NCBI GenBank assembly: GCA_965204755.1
Contig: OZ242011.1
Coordinates: 3,872,001-3,936,000, forward strand
Source of the DNA: Candidatus Marinacidobacterium sp.
GTDB taxonomy: Bacteria; Acidobacteriota; Vicinamibacteria; Marinacidobacterales; Marinacidobacteraceae
Reading direction: 5' to 3'
Length of the DNA: 64,000 bases
The translations under genes were made by a program, and so were the position numbers. Of the stretch, positions 9,121 to 18,280 are shown piece after piece. Below the pieces are notes generated by a model that ran no database searches, was not told the origin of the DNA, and saw only the letters and a list, made by a program, of their open reading frames with translations. The stretch's first letter is position 1, and each line of letters starts with the position of its first letter.

Positions 9121-12100
9121 TCAGAACGGCGAACGGCGGAGGCCTTCGACGAAGAAGGTGATCTCGGTCAGGGCGCCTTCGCTGACCTTGAAGCGGAAAT
9201 CCCCGATCACGGTGTCGAAGACGCCGCCGCCGGACTGGCTGACGCCCAGGGCCACATTCCCCGACGAGGAGACGCTCAGGCCCCGGATCCGGCCCGCGCC
9301 GTACTCGATGGCGGCGCTGCCGCCGAGCGCGCCCGGCGCCGGCGCGCCGGTCAGCCCGTTGAACGCGCGCAGGCGGGAGACGCCCACGCCGGTCACGGTC
9401 GATCCGCAGGTCACTTCCGCCGCTGCCGCCGCCGTGGTGGCCAGCAGGACTTCCACCGCGCCGCGCCCGATCCGCACCGCGGGGTTGCCCTGCGGCGCCT
9501 CGCCGGCCGGAAGGTCCCGCCGCCAGACTTCCTCGAGCCGCCCGGAGGTCTCCCGCAGCAGGACGAGGCCGGCCGGCTCGCCGGCGACGCGCCGGTCGCC
9601 TCCGGTGACCACCAGCAGGTGCGGCTCGTATCTCCCCGGAAAGGGAAACGCCACCGGCCGGGTCACGATCGGGCGCTTGCCCCCGAGTCGATGGGCCACC
9701 GTCAGGCGCCGTCCCGCTTCGTCGAGGGCGAGCCGGTGGACTTGTCCGTGGAGGTCGCCCAGGTACAGCCGGGTCACCAGGTCGCTCGCCTCCGGATTCG
9801 CCCAACTCGGCCTCCAGGGCGCCGGGGCGGTGGGGGCGCCGTTCTTGTCGATCTCGGGATCCTCGCCCGCCGCCAGGCGATGGCGGCGGCGGATCCGCCC
9901 GGTTCCCGGCGCGATCTCGAACAGCCACTCCCCGGAGTCGTCGGAGGCGCTGCCCGCGCCTCCGGCGGCGAACGCGGTCCACTCGCTTCCGCCCCCGGCG
10001 CCGGCCGGCGCCTCGACCAGCAGCGGCGGCGGGGTCTCCCCGAACCCGTCGGCCGCGCCGTCGTCCATGGCGACCCGGTTGCCCAGGTGGAACAGGAGTT
10101 TCGGCAGGCCCCGGCCGCCCGCGCGCGGGCGCTCCACCCGGTGGGTCCCGTTCCAGTCGCCGCCCACTTCGCTGACATCGAGCGCGGTGACGAACCGGCC
10201 GCCGAAGTCCCGGCCGAAGGCGAGCACCGTCGACCACTCGCCGGTCTCCCGCAGATAGACATCCCGCACCACCGGCGAACCGGCGAGCGTGTACCGGCCG
10301 ACCAGGCCCACCTGCCGGTCGGGGGCGCGCGTGGCGTAACCCGCGGCGAGTTCGCGCAGGATCACGCGGCCGAGGCCGGCCCCGGTATGCCAGTGGTAAA
10401 CCCCGCGGTCCCGCTCTTCCGCGGTCGGGCCGAGGACCTCCGCCGGGATGAAGGCGAAGAGTTCTTCGCCGGTGTCCGCCGCGAACGCGTGGAGCATCCC
10501 GCCTCCGGTCGCCAGGTACGCCACCGTCCGGCGGTTCACCCGGCGTTCGAAGAACCGGCGGTAGGCGGCGCGGTTGCGGGGGGCCGCGTCCGGATGGAGG
10601 GGAGGACTCCCCGCCGCCACCGGGCTCGCCAAACTCTCGCGGAGTTTCCAGGTCCCGACGCCGCCCGTGAAGTGGGGCCGCCCGTCGGGCCCGTAGATGG
10701 TGTCGGTTTCGGGGTGGACCGCGACCCGCTCGCCGCGGATCAGCCGGACCGCCATCTCCGCGGCGTCGGCGCCGTTCCGCGCCCCGTGGCCGTCGAGTTC
10801 GCGCAGGAAGCCGTACTGCACCCCGAGGTCCGCGGCGGTGACCGTTCCCACCTCGAACCGGCGGAGACGGGTCTCCCCGGCGCGGTGGAAGAGGATCAGG
10901 CGGCTGGCCGGGTCGCGCCGTTCGAGCCGCGCGCCGGCGTCCCAGATCACCGGAGCGCCGGGATCGTCCGGGTCGGCGTCGGGGTCGGTCGGGGACGGCG
11001 CGGACGCCGGCGCGCCGCCGTACACCGGGCGGGCGACGAGCCGGCCCCGCAACCGGCCCAGGTCGGCGCTGGTGCTGAGGAGCACATTGTCCGCGTAGCC
11101 GTTGCGGAGCCGGAGGACCTCCGCCAACTTCTTCGGCTCGCTCGGGTCGGCCACCAGGGCGTCCCTGGCCCGGGTCGGGTCCGTTCCGGCGAAGGCGTCG
11201 GTCGGGCCGCTCGCCACCAGTTCCTTCACCGTGGCGAGACGGGGGGCGCCGACCTTCACCTCTCCTTCCGGCAGGGTCACCGCCCGCAGCACCTCGTCGA
11301 GGGCTTCCGCGAGGGACTCGGCCCGGGTCGCGTGGTAGGCGGACCGCCTGAGGTTCGATCCCATCCAGGCCAGGTGGTTGGTGAGGCCGCGTTCGAAACT
11401 CCGGCCGCTCCCGAAGCCGATGATGTAGATGTCGCCGATGCCGGCGTCCGGGTCGCCGTCGTTCAGGTCGTAGAAGGCGGCCTTCGCCTTGAGTCCGGCG
11501 TTCATGCCGGAGAGTTCGTACCGGCGGGCGCGGCGGGGAGGATCGGGTTCCGGGGTCCGGTCGCCTCGCCGGAGCGTGGCGCGCCAGGAGGCGAACCGCT
11601 CCGGAGGCGGAGCGAGCGGGTCGCGCCAGACCCGGTCATCGCACTCGCAGGTGTCCATCCCGTCGGTGAGCAGGAGGACGATGTTCTGCTGGCCCGGTTC
11701 GAGGTCGGAGATCGCCTCGTTGCGGATGTGGGCCGCGAGTTGGCGCAGGCCGACGCCGTTCGGCGTGATGTCGGCGTTCGGGTAGGGCGGGAGTTGCTCG
11801 AGCGCCTCCGCCCGGGCGGCGGCGGCGTCGCAGCCGGCGGCGGTCGTCCGGAGAACCATGCCGGCGCAGGGGGCGTCGCGCCAGACCGGGGGGCCGGGCG
11901 GCGACCCCGGAGGGAGGCCGACCCCGCGGGTGGGGTCGGCGCAGGCCGCCTCCATCGGCGGCTTCGGGGGCCAGTCCCAGCGGTACGCCCGGAAGGAGGC
12001 GATGCGCCAGTGGACGAGCGGCTCGCCCGCCGCGGACACCAGGGTGCGGATGGCGTGTTCCAGGGTCTCCCGCGCCACGGCGTGGCGGGTGCGGCGGCCG

Positions 12101-12324
12101 ATGCGGATCGTCATCGAGGTCGAGGTGTCGAACAGGACCCAGACGCGGGGCCGGGCGTCGCTCCGGACCAGACCCAGCGGATCCCGTCCCCGCTCGACCG
12201 GCAGCGGGGCGTCGGCCGCCGCGGCGGCGGGCGCCGCCGGCGGGGGGCGAACGCCGGAGCCGCCGCCGGAAGGAGCGGAGACGGCGAAGACCAGCGCGGC
12301 GGCGGCGGCGGCGCGGAGTCGCAC
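9121..12324 (-). CDS. pilY1: PilY1/PilC-like pilus tip adhesin with vWA domain
   Basis: MIDAS-like DTSTSM and LLLTDG; C-terminal propeller motifs GMLHAF..TGEELFAFIP, LAGSPVVRDV, LYLGDLHGQV. Confidence 0.8.
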   Translation of the reverse strand: MRLRAAAAAALVFAVSAPSGGGSGVRPPPAAPAAAAADAPLPVERGRDPLGLVRSDARPRVWVLFDTSTSMTIRIGRRTRHAVARETLEHAIRTLVSAAGEPLVHWRIASFRAYRWDWPPKPPMEAACADPTRGVGLPPGSPPGPPVWRDAPCAGMVLRTTAAGCDAAAARAEALEQLPPYPNADITPNGVGLRQLAAHIRNEAISDLEPGQQNIVLLLTDGMDTCECDDRVWRDPLAPPPERFASWRATLRRGDRTPEPDPPRRARRYELSGMNAGLKAKAAFYDLNDGDPDAGIGDIYIIGFGSGRSFERGLTNHLAWMGSNLRRSAYHATRAESLAEALDEVLRAVTLPEGEVKVGAPRLATVKELVASGPTDAFAGTDPTRARDALVADPSEPKKLAEVLRLRNGYADNVLLSTSADLGRLRGRLVARPVYGGAPASAPSPTDPDADPDDPGAPVIWDAGARLERRDPASRLILFHRAGETRLRRFEVGTVTAADLGVQYGFLRELDGHGARNGADAAEMAVRLIRGERVAVHPETDTIYGPDGRPHFTGGVGTWKLRESLASPVAAGSPPLHPDAAPRNRAAYRRFFERRVNRRTVAYLATGGGMLHAFAADTGEELFAFIPAEVLGPTAEERDRGVYHWHTGAGLGRVILRELAAGYATRAPDRQVGLVGRYTLAGSPVVRDVYLRETGEWSTVLAFGRDFGGRFVTALDVSEVGGDWNGTHRVERPRAGGRGLPKLLFHLGNRVAMDDGAADGFGETPPPLLVEAPAGAGGGSEWTAFAAGGAGSASDDSGEWLFEIAPGTGRIRRRHRLAAGEDPEIDKNGAPTAPAPWRPSWANPEASDLVTRLYLGDLHGQVHRLALDEAGRRLTVAHRLGGKRPIVTRPVAFPFPGRYEPHLLVVTGGDRRVAGEPAGLVLLRETSGRLEEVWRRDLPAGEAPQGNPAVRIGRGAVEVLLATTAAAAAEVTCGSTVTGVGVSRLRAFNGLTGAPAPGALGGSAAIEYGAGRIRGLSVSSSGNVALGVSQSGGGVFDTVIGDFRFKVSEGALTEITFFVEGLRRSPF

Positions 12325-12341
12325 GGCGGAGTCCTCGCCCT

Positions 12342-13127
12342 TCAGCGGATCCGGCGGACGCCGCCGCCGCTCCCCTGCCCCCAGTTGGTCAGGTCGTCGG
12401 CGTAACCCGGCGAGTCGGCCTCCCCCCCGCCGGGGCGGAGGGCGAGCCGGAGGGTCATCTCCCAGCGGACCACCGCATGGGGCGCGTCGGGCGACTCCGG
12501 CGGCGGATGCCGGGCCTCCGCGGTGAGGATCGCCCGGTCGTCGCCGGGCGCGTCACCGGCCCCGACCACCGGGCGGCGGATCCAGACCGTGGCGCCCGGG
12601 GACTCCGGGCGGCCGTCGCCGTCGAGGTCCGGCGACCATCCCCCGGCCGGAGCGCGCGCGTCGAAGAGCATCCCCCTCCCCGAAACATCCCGGAGGACCC
12701 GCCCGACATAGGTCCGGGAGAGCGTTCCCGCCATCGTCTCGTCCCGGAAGAACTCGTAGTCCCGGCAGCCGGCGGCGCTCGGGTTTCCGCAGGCCGCGCC
12801 GTCGGCGGGCCGCCCCGCGCCCCAGGCGGCGCCGGGCGCGACGGAAACCGAATTCCGGGCGGGAGGGAGCGCCCGGGAGAAGTCGTCGTCCCGGCGCGCG
12901 TGTTCGGCGAGCAGGGCCTTGGCGATTTCCAGCCCGGCCCGCGCCCGGGCGTCGGCGACCGCCGCCCAGCGGGCGTTGCGGGCCACATCGCCGTCCGCGC
13001 CGGTGGTGATGACCACGGTCGCGGAGAGACCGGCCAAGGCCAGCACGAGCAGGAGCGCGAGCACCAGGGCGATCCCCCGCTCCCCGGCGCCCGACGCGCC
13101 GGAGGCCGTCCGCGGCGCGTTATTCAC
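12342..13127 (-). CDS. PilX-like minor pilin
   Basis: ERG|IALVLALLLVLAL (lacks E5, as in PilX), ARAGLEIAK. Confidence 0.75.
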   Translation of the reverse strand: MNNAPRTASGASGAGERGIALVLALLLVLALAGLSATVVITTGADGDVARNARWAAVADARARAGLEIAKALLAEHARRDDDFSRALPPARNSVSVAPGAAWGAGRPADGAACGNPSAAGCRDYEFFRDETMAGTLSRTYVGRVLRDVSGRGMLFDARAPAGGWSPDLDGDGRPESPGATVWIRRPVVGAGDAPGDDRAILTAEARHPPPESPDAPHAVVRWEMTLRLALRPGGGEADSPGYADDLTNWGQGSGGGVRRIR

Positions 13128-13620
13128 GGTTCGCCACCCGGATGGAGTCGAGCCGGGCGACCGCGCCGCGTCCGGAGGCCGGGAGCGCGAGCACCTCGAA
13201 ACCGAGCGCCGCCAGCCGTCCGCTGCCCGCGGGAGCGAGTTCGCGGATCCGCCAGCGGGCCTCCCAGACCGCGCCCGGGCCTTGGGTCGGACGGCCTTCG
13301 GCGTCGAACCAGCGCCGGTAACCCGGCGCCGCGGGGCCGCTCCGGGAGACGCTCCCGCCGGGCGCGACAGCGGCGTGGTGCCCGGAGAGCGGCCAGGCGC
13401 GGCGCATCGGCGCGGCCTGCAGTTCCTCGAGTTGGGACCTCGCGATGCGGGTGACCGCTCCGGACTCCTCGGCGATCCTCCGCGAGAACGCCGCCGCGGA
13501 CATCGCGCGGAGCAGTCCTCCCCCGGCCGTCACCAGGAGGACGGCGGCGAACAGCACCTCGACCAGCGAGTAGCCGGCCTCCGGTGGAGCGGTTCGGGGT
13601 TTCGTCGGGCGGCGCGGCAT
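13120..13620 (-). CDS. PilV-like minor pilin
   Basis: EAG|YSLVEVLFAAVLL...ARSQLEEL. Confidence 0.72.
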   Translation of the reverse strand: MPRRPTKPRTAPPEAGYSLVEVLFAAVLLVTAGGGLLRAMSAAAFSRRIAEESGAVTRIARSQLEELQAAPMRRAWPLSGHHAAVAPGGSVSRSGPAAPGYRRWFDAEGRPTQGPGAVWEARWRIRELAPAGSGRLAALGFEVLALPASGRGAVARLDSIRVANRE

Positions 13621-13638
13621 CTCGCGGTTCCGCCCGTG

Positions 13639-13720
13639 GAGAACGGGAGTCGCCGCCCTTTCGCGCCGCCCCCCGCAGCGGAACGAAGAAACTTGTCGAA
13701 CCGGGGGGTCAGCGCAACAC
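13639..13720 (-). promoter_or_regulatory. Four-box pil upstream motif, copy 1 (before pilV)
   Basis: Coding strand GTTGCG-N15-GACAAG-N6-CGTTC-N34-CCGTTCTC; same spacing as copies at 20643 and 33900. Confidence 0.7.
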
Positions 13721-13843
13721 CGGACTCCCCGGTCCGTCTTTCCGTCGGCGGCGGGCGCCCGTTCCGGCGCGCCGCAACGGCGAACCGATCTCCCGTCGGA
13801 GCCCGTCCGCTCCGGCCCCGGGGGCGGCGCCGGCCCTCGCCCG

Positions 13844-14656
13844 CTACGGCTCGAACAGGGCGGCCCGAACGAAGCAGGCCGCGCCGGCGAGACAGAGCGC
13901 GGCCCCGAAGGGCAGCGGGGTGTCCCGGCGGATGCGGCCGAGCAGCAGCAGGGGCAGCGCGGCGAGGAGGCCGAGGCCGGAAGCGAGGACGAGGGCGCGG
14001 AGGACTCCGGCGGGGCCCAGGAAGGCGCCCAGCAGGAGTTCGAGTTTCAGGTCACCGCGCCCGATCGCCTCCACCCCGCGAAACCGGAGCCAGAGCCCGC
14101 GGAGTCCCGCGAGCAGCCCGAACCCGAGCGCCGCGCCGGCGGCCGACTCGAGGAGGGTGAGATCGGGCCGGGGAACGGCCAGGAGGAATCCCGCCCCGGC
14201 GCCGCCGAGGGTCAGGGCGTCGGGAAGCACCAATCGCTCCCAGTCGGTCACCAGCAGCGTCAGCGTCAGGCAGAGGAAGAGGAACCAGGCCGCGAGGAGC
14301 GCCGGCTCCGGAACCAGCGCGGCCCCGGACAGGGCGGCCGCCGCTCCTCCGGCTTCCACCAGGGGGTAGCGGAGCGGGATGCCCGCCCGGCAGTCGCGGC
14401 AGCGCCCGGCGAGCGCGGCGTAGGAGACCAGCGGCAGGTTGTCGCGGATCCGGATCGGCGAGCCGCACCGCGGACAGCGGGATCGCCCCCGGAGCGGGGA
14501 CTCGCCGCGCGGGAGCCGTGTCGCGACCGAGTTGAGGAACGAACCGACCGCCAAGCCCACGAGGCCGGCGAATACCAGGCCGCCCGCGCCGACCGGAAGG
14601 CTCGCGAATCCCCAGTCGGCGGCGCCGAAGGGCGGATACCCGGACGAGAACGGCAC
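13844..14656 (-). CDS. pilD: Prepilin peptidase / N-methyltransferase
   Basis: GSFLN, SRCPRC, NLPLVSY, GRCRDC, YPLVE, GRGDLKL, PFGAAL; start uncertain (GTG 14656). Confidence 0.9.
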   Translation of the reverse strand: MPFSSGYPPFGAADWGFASLPVGAGGLVFAGLVGLAVGSFLNSVATRLPRGESPLRGRSRCPRCGSPIRIRDNLPLVSYAALAGRCRDCRAGIPLRYPLVEAGGAAAALSGAALVPEPALLAAWFLFLCLTLTLLVTDWERLVLPDALTLGGAGAGFLLAVPRPDLTLLESAAGAALGFGLLAGLRGLWLRFRGVEAIGRGDLKLELLLGAFLGPAGVLRALVLASGLGLLAALPLLLLGRIRRDTPLPFGAALCLAGAACFVRAALFEP

Positions 14657-14670
14657 GGCCCCGGCCTTAG

Positions 14671-14891
14671 CAGCCCGTGGAAAAAGCGCCCCGCCGTCCA
14701 CTCCTCGACGCAAGGGCGCCGAGTCCGCGTTCGGTTTCGCGGCGGGGCGCTCTTCCCACGGCCCGGCGGCGCGAATCGCTGCGCGATTCCCCCCGCCAAC
14801 TATCGCGGGGAGGGGGCCACCCCCTCCCCGCACCCCTCCCCGGTCGGCGCTTCGCGCCGACGGGCGCTCCCCGGACTTTCTCCACGGGCCG
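14671..14891. mobile_element. 221-bp MITE, copy 1
   Basis: Imperfect 16-bp terminal inverted repeats cagcccgtggaaaaag/ctttctccacgggccg, flanked by TTAG on both sides; three further copies in the window. Confidence 0.85.
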
Positions 14892-15812
14892 TTAGCGGCG
14901 GCCGGGCTCACCGCCCCGGGGCCGTTCCGGATGGCCGGCCAGCGGCGACTCCGGGGAGATGCGCACAACCCCTTCCGGGAGGAGCAGGAACGGCGTTCCG
15001 GCGGGATCGAGCGGAGGGCCGGCGCCCCCGGCGGCTTCGCCCAAGTCGTCCCAGGTCACGGCGAACCTGCCCGCGCGCCGCCGGAACGCGGCGGCGGCCG
15101 CCGCCAGTTCGTCGCGCCGGTCGAGCGCGGCGATCTGGAGGAGGTGGGTCTCGGCGTTCGCCCGCTCGCGGGGGGTCTCCGCCTCCCGGGCGAGCGTGCT
15201 CCAGAGCGCGCGGGCCCCCGCCCGGTCGCCGGCGGCGGTCCCGGAGCGGGCGGCCAGGGCGAGGAGGTAGTCCGGGGCGCCGGGGCGCTCCGCCGCCGCG
15301 CGGAAAGTGGCGGCCGCGGCCGCGGAGTCGCCCCGGTGCCATTCCCGGATCAGGCCCAGGAGCAGCACCGCCCGCCAGTCGCTCCGCCGCCGGCGCGTCC
15401 AGTCCTCCAACAGGGCCTCGGCGCGCTCCGGCCGCCCGGCGCCGAGCGGGGGCGGCTCGGCGAGCAGCAGTGAGCCGTCCACCGCCGCCGCGCGGAGTTC
15501 CGGGTCGAAACGCAGCGCGAGGGTCGCGAGCGGGGCCAGCAGCGGATAGTCCGGAGCGGCGGCGCGGCGGCGGGCTCCGTAGTACTGGACCGCGCTGAGC
15601 CAGATGCCGTCCGCGGTCAGCCGCCGAAATCCCGGCGGCAGGGCGCGGATCGTCTCCGGGTCGAGTTCCCCGGCGGCGGCGACCCACCCCGGCGGGCGGA
15701 GCGCCTCTTCCCCGCCCCCGGCGCCCCGCCCCCCTTCCCCGGTGAGGGCCGCGGCCGCGAGCAGCGCCGCCGGGAGGAGCCCGGCGGCGGCGAGCCGGAC
15801 AGCGCCGAACAA
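14892..15812 (-). CDS. Pilus-associated TPR-like protein (Myxococcus PilG-like position)
   Basis: RLTADGIWLSAVQYYG...LRFDP...AEPPPLGAG; lies downstream of pilA and an ABC pair; its stop TAA is inside the MITE target site. Confidence 0.55.
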   Translation of the reverse strand: MFGAVRLAAAGLLPAALLAAAALTGEGGRGAGGGEEALRPPGWVAAAGELDPETIRALPPGFRRLTADGIWLSAVQYYGARRRAAAPDYPLLAPLATLALRFDPELRAAAVDGSLLLAEPPPLGAGRPERAEALLEDWTRRRRSDWRAVLLLGLIREWHRGDSAAAAATFRAAAERPGAPDYLLALAARSGTAAGDRAGARALWSTLAREAETPRERANAETHLLQIAALDRRDELAAAAAAFRRRAGRFAVTWDDLGEAAGGAGPPLDPAGTPFLLLPEGVVRISPESPLAGHPERPRGGEPGRR

Positions 15813-15824
15813 CGGCCGGTCCCC

Positions 15825-16661
15825 TCAGCCCCCGCCCGCGCCCCGGCGGCCGGCGAACAGGGCGAGCGCCGCGGCGAGCGCCGCGCCCGCGTAGAGCGCG
15901 GCGTAGAGCAGGGCGTGGAGGCCGAGCGGGAAGAGCCCCTCGCCGGGCGCCGCCGGGTCGAGGCGCGAGAAGTCGGGGAGGAGCAGGCGGAGCAGGCGGT
16001 AGGCGAGCGGTCCGGCGGAAGCGTCCCCGAACGCAGGATCCGGGGGGGAGGTCGGCAGGAAGCCGGCGAGCGCCGCCGCTCCGGCCAGGATCGCGGCGGC
16101 CGCCGGCGGGACCAGCGTGGAGAAGAGCAGCGCCAGCGCGAGCACGACGAGGAGGCGGAGCCCGAGGAACCAGCCGAAGCCGAACAGCCCGGCGAGGCCG
16201 CCCTCGGGTCCGCCGCCGAACAGGGCCGCCCCGAACCCGAGCAACGCGGAAGCGAGCGCCGTCCAGGCGAACAGGCCGGCGGCGAGCCCCAGAAACCTTC
16301 CGCCGAGGAGGAGCGAGGGCGAGACCGGCGCCGCCAGCGCCGCGCGGTCGAGCGCCCCTCCCCGTCCGGCGAGACCGCTCCCGTGCGCCAGCGCGAGCGC
16401 CCAGCCGAGGAGCCCGGCCGCAGCGGCGCCCGCGTGGCGGACCAGCCGGCCTTCCCCGTCGAGGGTGGCCCCGGAGAGCAGGGCGGCCGCGAACAGGCCG
16501 GCGGCGAGCGCGGCGAGCGCCGCCGGAAGGCTCCGGTCGCGCGCGAAACCCCGGCCCGTGATCCCGGCGGCGGCGGCGAGGACCCGCGCGCTCCGGCTCA
16601 TCCGACCGGCGGGGGGCGGATCCACTCGTTCGGCGGACGCCGGGATTCGGGGGGCGATCAC
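15825..16661 (-). CDS. ABC transporter permease (PilI-like)
   Basis: About six hydrophobic segments, PVSPSLLLGGRFLG, LLPDFSRLD; GTGA overlap with the upstream ATPase stop. Confidence 0.7.
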   Translation of the reverse strand: MIAPRIPASAERVDPPPAGRMSRSARVLAAAAGITGRGFARDRSLPAALAALAAGLFAAALLSGATLDGEGRLVRHAGAAAAGLLGWALALAHGSGLAGRGGALDRAALAAPVSPSLLLGGRFLGLAAGLFAWTALASALLGFGAALFGGGPEGGLAGLFGFGWFLGLRLLVVLALALLFSTLVPPAAAAILAGAAALAGFLPTSPPDPAFGDASAGPLAYRLLRLLLPDFSRLDPAAPGEGLFPLGLHALLYAALYAGAALAAALALFAGRRGAGGG

Positions 16662-17422
16662 CGCGCGCCGCCGGCGGCGGCTTCGCGCAGCGCGGCGGCC
16701 AGGGGGTCCGGCGCCGCGCCGGATTCGGCGGACGCCGGAAGGAAGCGGCGCGTCGGGCCGGAGGCCGCGAGCGCCCCGTCGCGCAGCACGAACACCGAGT
16801 CTGCGAGCGCTTCGACGGCGGAGGCGGCGTGGAGGCTCAGGAGCACCGCCGCTCCCCGTTCGGCGGCGCGGCGAATCGCGGCGACGGCGCGCTCGCGCGC
16901 CAGCGGGTCGAGGCCGGTGAGGGGTTCGTCGAGGAGCAGGGCCGCCGGGCATCCCACGAGCGCCCGGGCGAGCGCCAGGCGGCGGCGGATTCCCCGGGAG
17001 CAGCGGCGGACCGGCATCCCCATCTCCCGGTCGAGGCCGAGTTCGGCCGCCGCGGCGGCGGCGAGCCCGCGGGAGTCGCGGCGGCCGGCGCCGGCGAGGA
17101 TCGCGGCGAACTCCAGGGTTTCGCCCACGGTCGCCGACCCCGGCCCGGTCTCCTCGTCGTCCGCGTAGCCGAGACCCCGACGGGCGCAGGCGCGGACCGC
17201 GGGAACACCGCCGAGCAGGGCGTCTCCGGAGTCCGGGCGGAGCAGTCCGGCCAGGAGGCGCAGCGCGGTCGTCTTTCCCGCCCCGTTCTCGCCGACCAGC
17301 GCGCCGACTTCGCCCGGACCGATCCGGAGGTCGAGACCGCGCACCGCCGGGCGGCGGACGAGGAGACCCCGCCCGCCGCGGGCCGGGAAGGCCCGCGTCA
17401 GCGCCCGGGCGCGGATGTCCAA
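16658..17422 (-). CDS. ABC transporter ATP-binding protein (PilH-like)
   Basis: Walker A GENGAGKT, signature CSRGIRRR, LLLDEPLTGLD; start uncertain (TTG 17422). Confidence 0.85.
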   Translation of the reverse strand: MDIRARALTRAFPARGGRGLLVRRPAVRGLDLRIGPGEVGALVGENGAGKTTALRLLAGLLRPDSGDALLGGVPAVRACARRGLGYADDEETGPGSATVGETLEFAAILAGAGRRDSRGLAAAAAAELGLDREMGMPVRRCSRGIRRRLALARALVGCPAALLLDEPLTGLDPLARERAVAAIRRAAERGAAVLLSLHAASAVEALADSVFVLRDGALAASGPTRRFLPASAESGAAPDPLAAALREAAAGGAR

Positions 17423-17480
17423 CGCACCGGTCCGGCGAACGCTGCGGGGGACGGACGCCCCTCCCGACGCGGCGCGGTCG

Positions 17481-18110
17481 TCATTCCAGGAACGCCGTGG
17501 CCCCCGGCACCGGGCAGGCGATGGGGTTGCCGGCGGGATCCATGTAGATCGCCCCGGCCGGGGTGGCCGAGAAAGAGCGGACTCCGGTGCGCCCCACATC
17601 CGCGGGCTCGGAGTGGTAGCAGTAGTCGAGCACGCTGCCCGGGTCGCAGTGGGCCGGCCGGTTCGTGGCCTGCTGGCCGGCCGCGAAGGTTCGGTTGTAG
17701 CCGGTCTTGGTGTAGGGGCTGGTGCGGCCGAGGTCGCCGCCGAGGAACTCCGGGGCGGCCTGCGGGTAGCCGGGGATCCCGATGCCGGCGCAGTTGCCGC
17801 CGTTCCGGCAAAGGTTGACCAAGTCGGAGAAGAAGCCGCAGTTCGAGGCGGCGTAGGTCTGTTGCGCGGCGATCACGGCGCGGGAGTCGCCGATCGCCTG
17901 CGCCTCGTTCGCGGAGAGGCGCGCCCGCAGCAGTTGGGGGATGGCGATGCCGGCGATGACGCCGATGATGGCGATCACGATCAGCAACTCGATCAGCGTG
18001 AAGCCGGAGTCGCGCCGCGAGCCGGGGCGGACCGCCGGGGCGGCGGCCGCTCTGCGGGACGGGAGTCTCACGGGGGTCGGGAAACGGGTGGCCGCGAGGG
18101 CGGGAAACAT
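17481..18110 (-). CDS. pilA: Type IVa major pilin
   Basis: DSG|FTLIELLIVIAIIGVIAGIAIP..LRARLSANEAQAIG; six Cys in the mature part. Confidence 0.88.
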   Translation of the reverse strand: MFPALAATRFPTPVRLPSRRAAAAPAVRPGSRRDSGFTLIELLIVIAIIGVIAGIAIPQLLRARLSANEAQAIGDSRAVIAAQQTYAASNCGFFSDLVNLCRNGGNCAGIGIPGYPQAAPEFLGGDLGRTSPYTKTGYNRTFAAGQQATNRPAHCDPGSVLDYCYHSEPADVGRTGVRSFSATPAGAIYMDPAGNPIACPVPGATAFLE

Positions 18111-18280
18111 AAGGATACGCTCCTGACGAAGGCCGTTCGGGGGGTCGGGAAGGGGTTTCGGGGACGCGGTACCGCGCGTTTCGAGCGTCCGGATTCCGCG
18201 AGTCCGGGTTTCGGGCCGGGTTCCGGGCAGCCGGGCTTCGGGTGTCCGGGCGGGAAGGTTCGCTCGGCGGGAGACGCGTT

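Noticed and set aside
14646-14653. CCGTTCTC box near the pilD start as a fourth motif copy
   Set aside because: The other three boxes are absent at the expected spacing, even after removing the MITE; could be chance
14667-14895. Short ORFs (e.g. MEKAPRRPLLDAR...) recurring at 14677, 23516, 56133 and 57526
   Set aside because: They are translations of the MITE copies, with no transposase or other motifs
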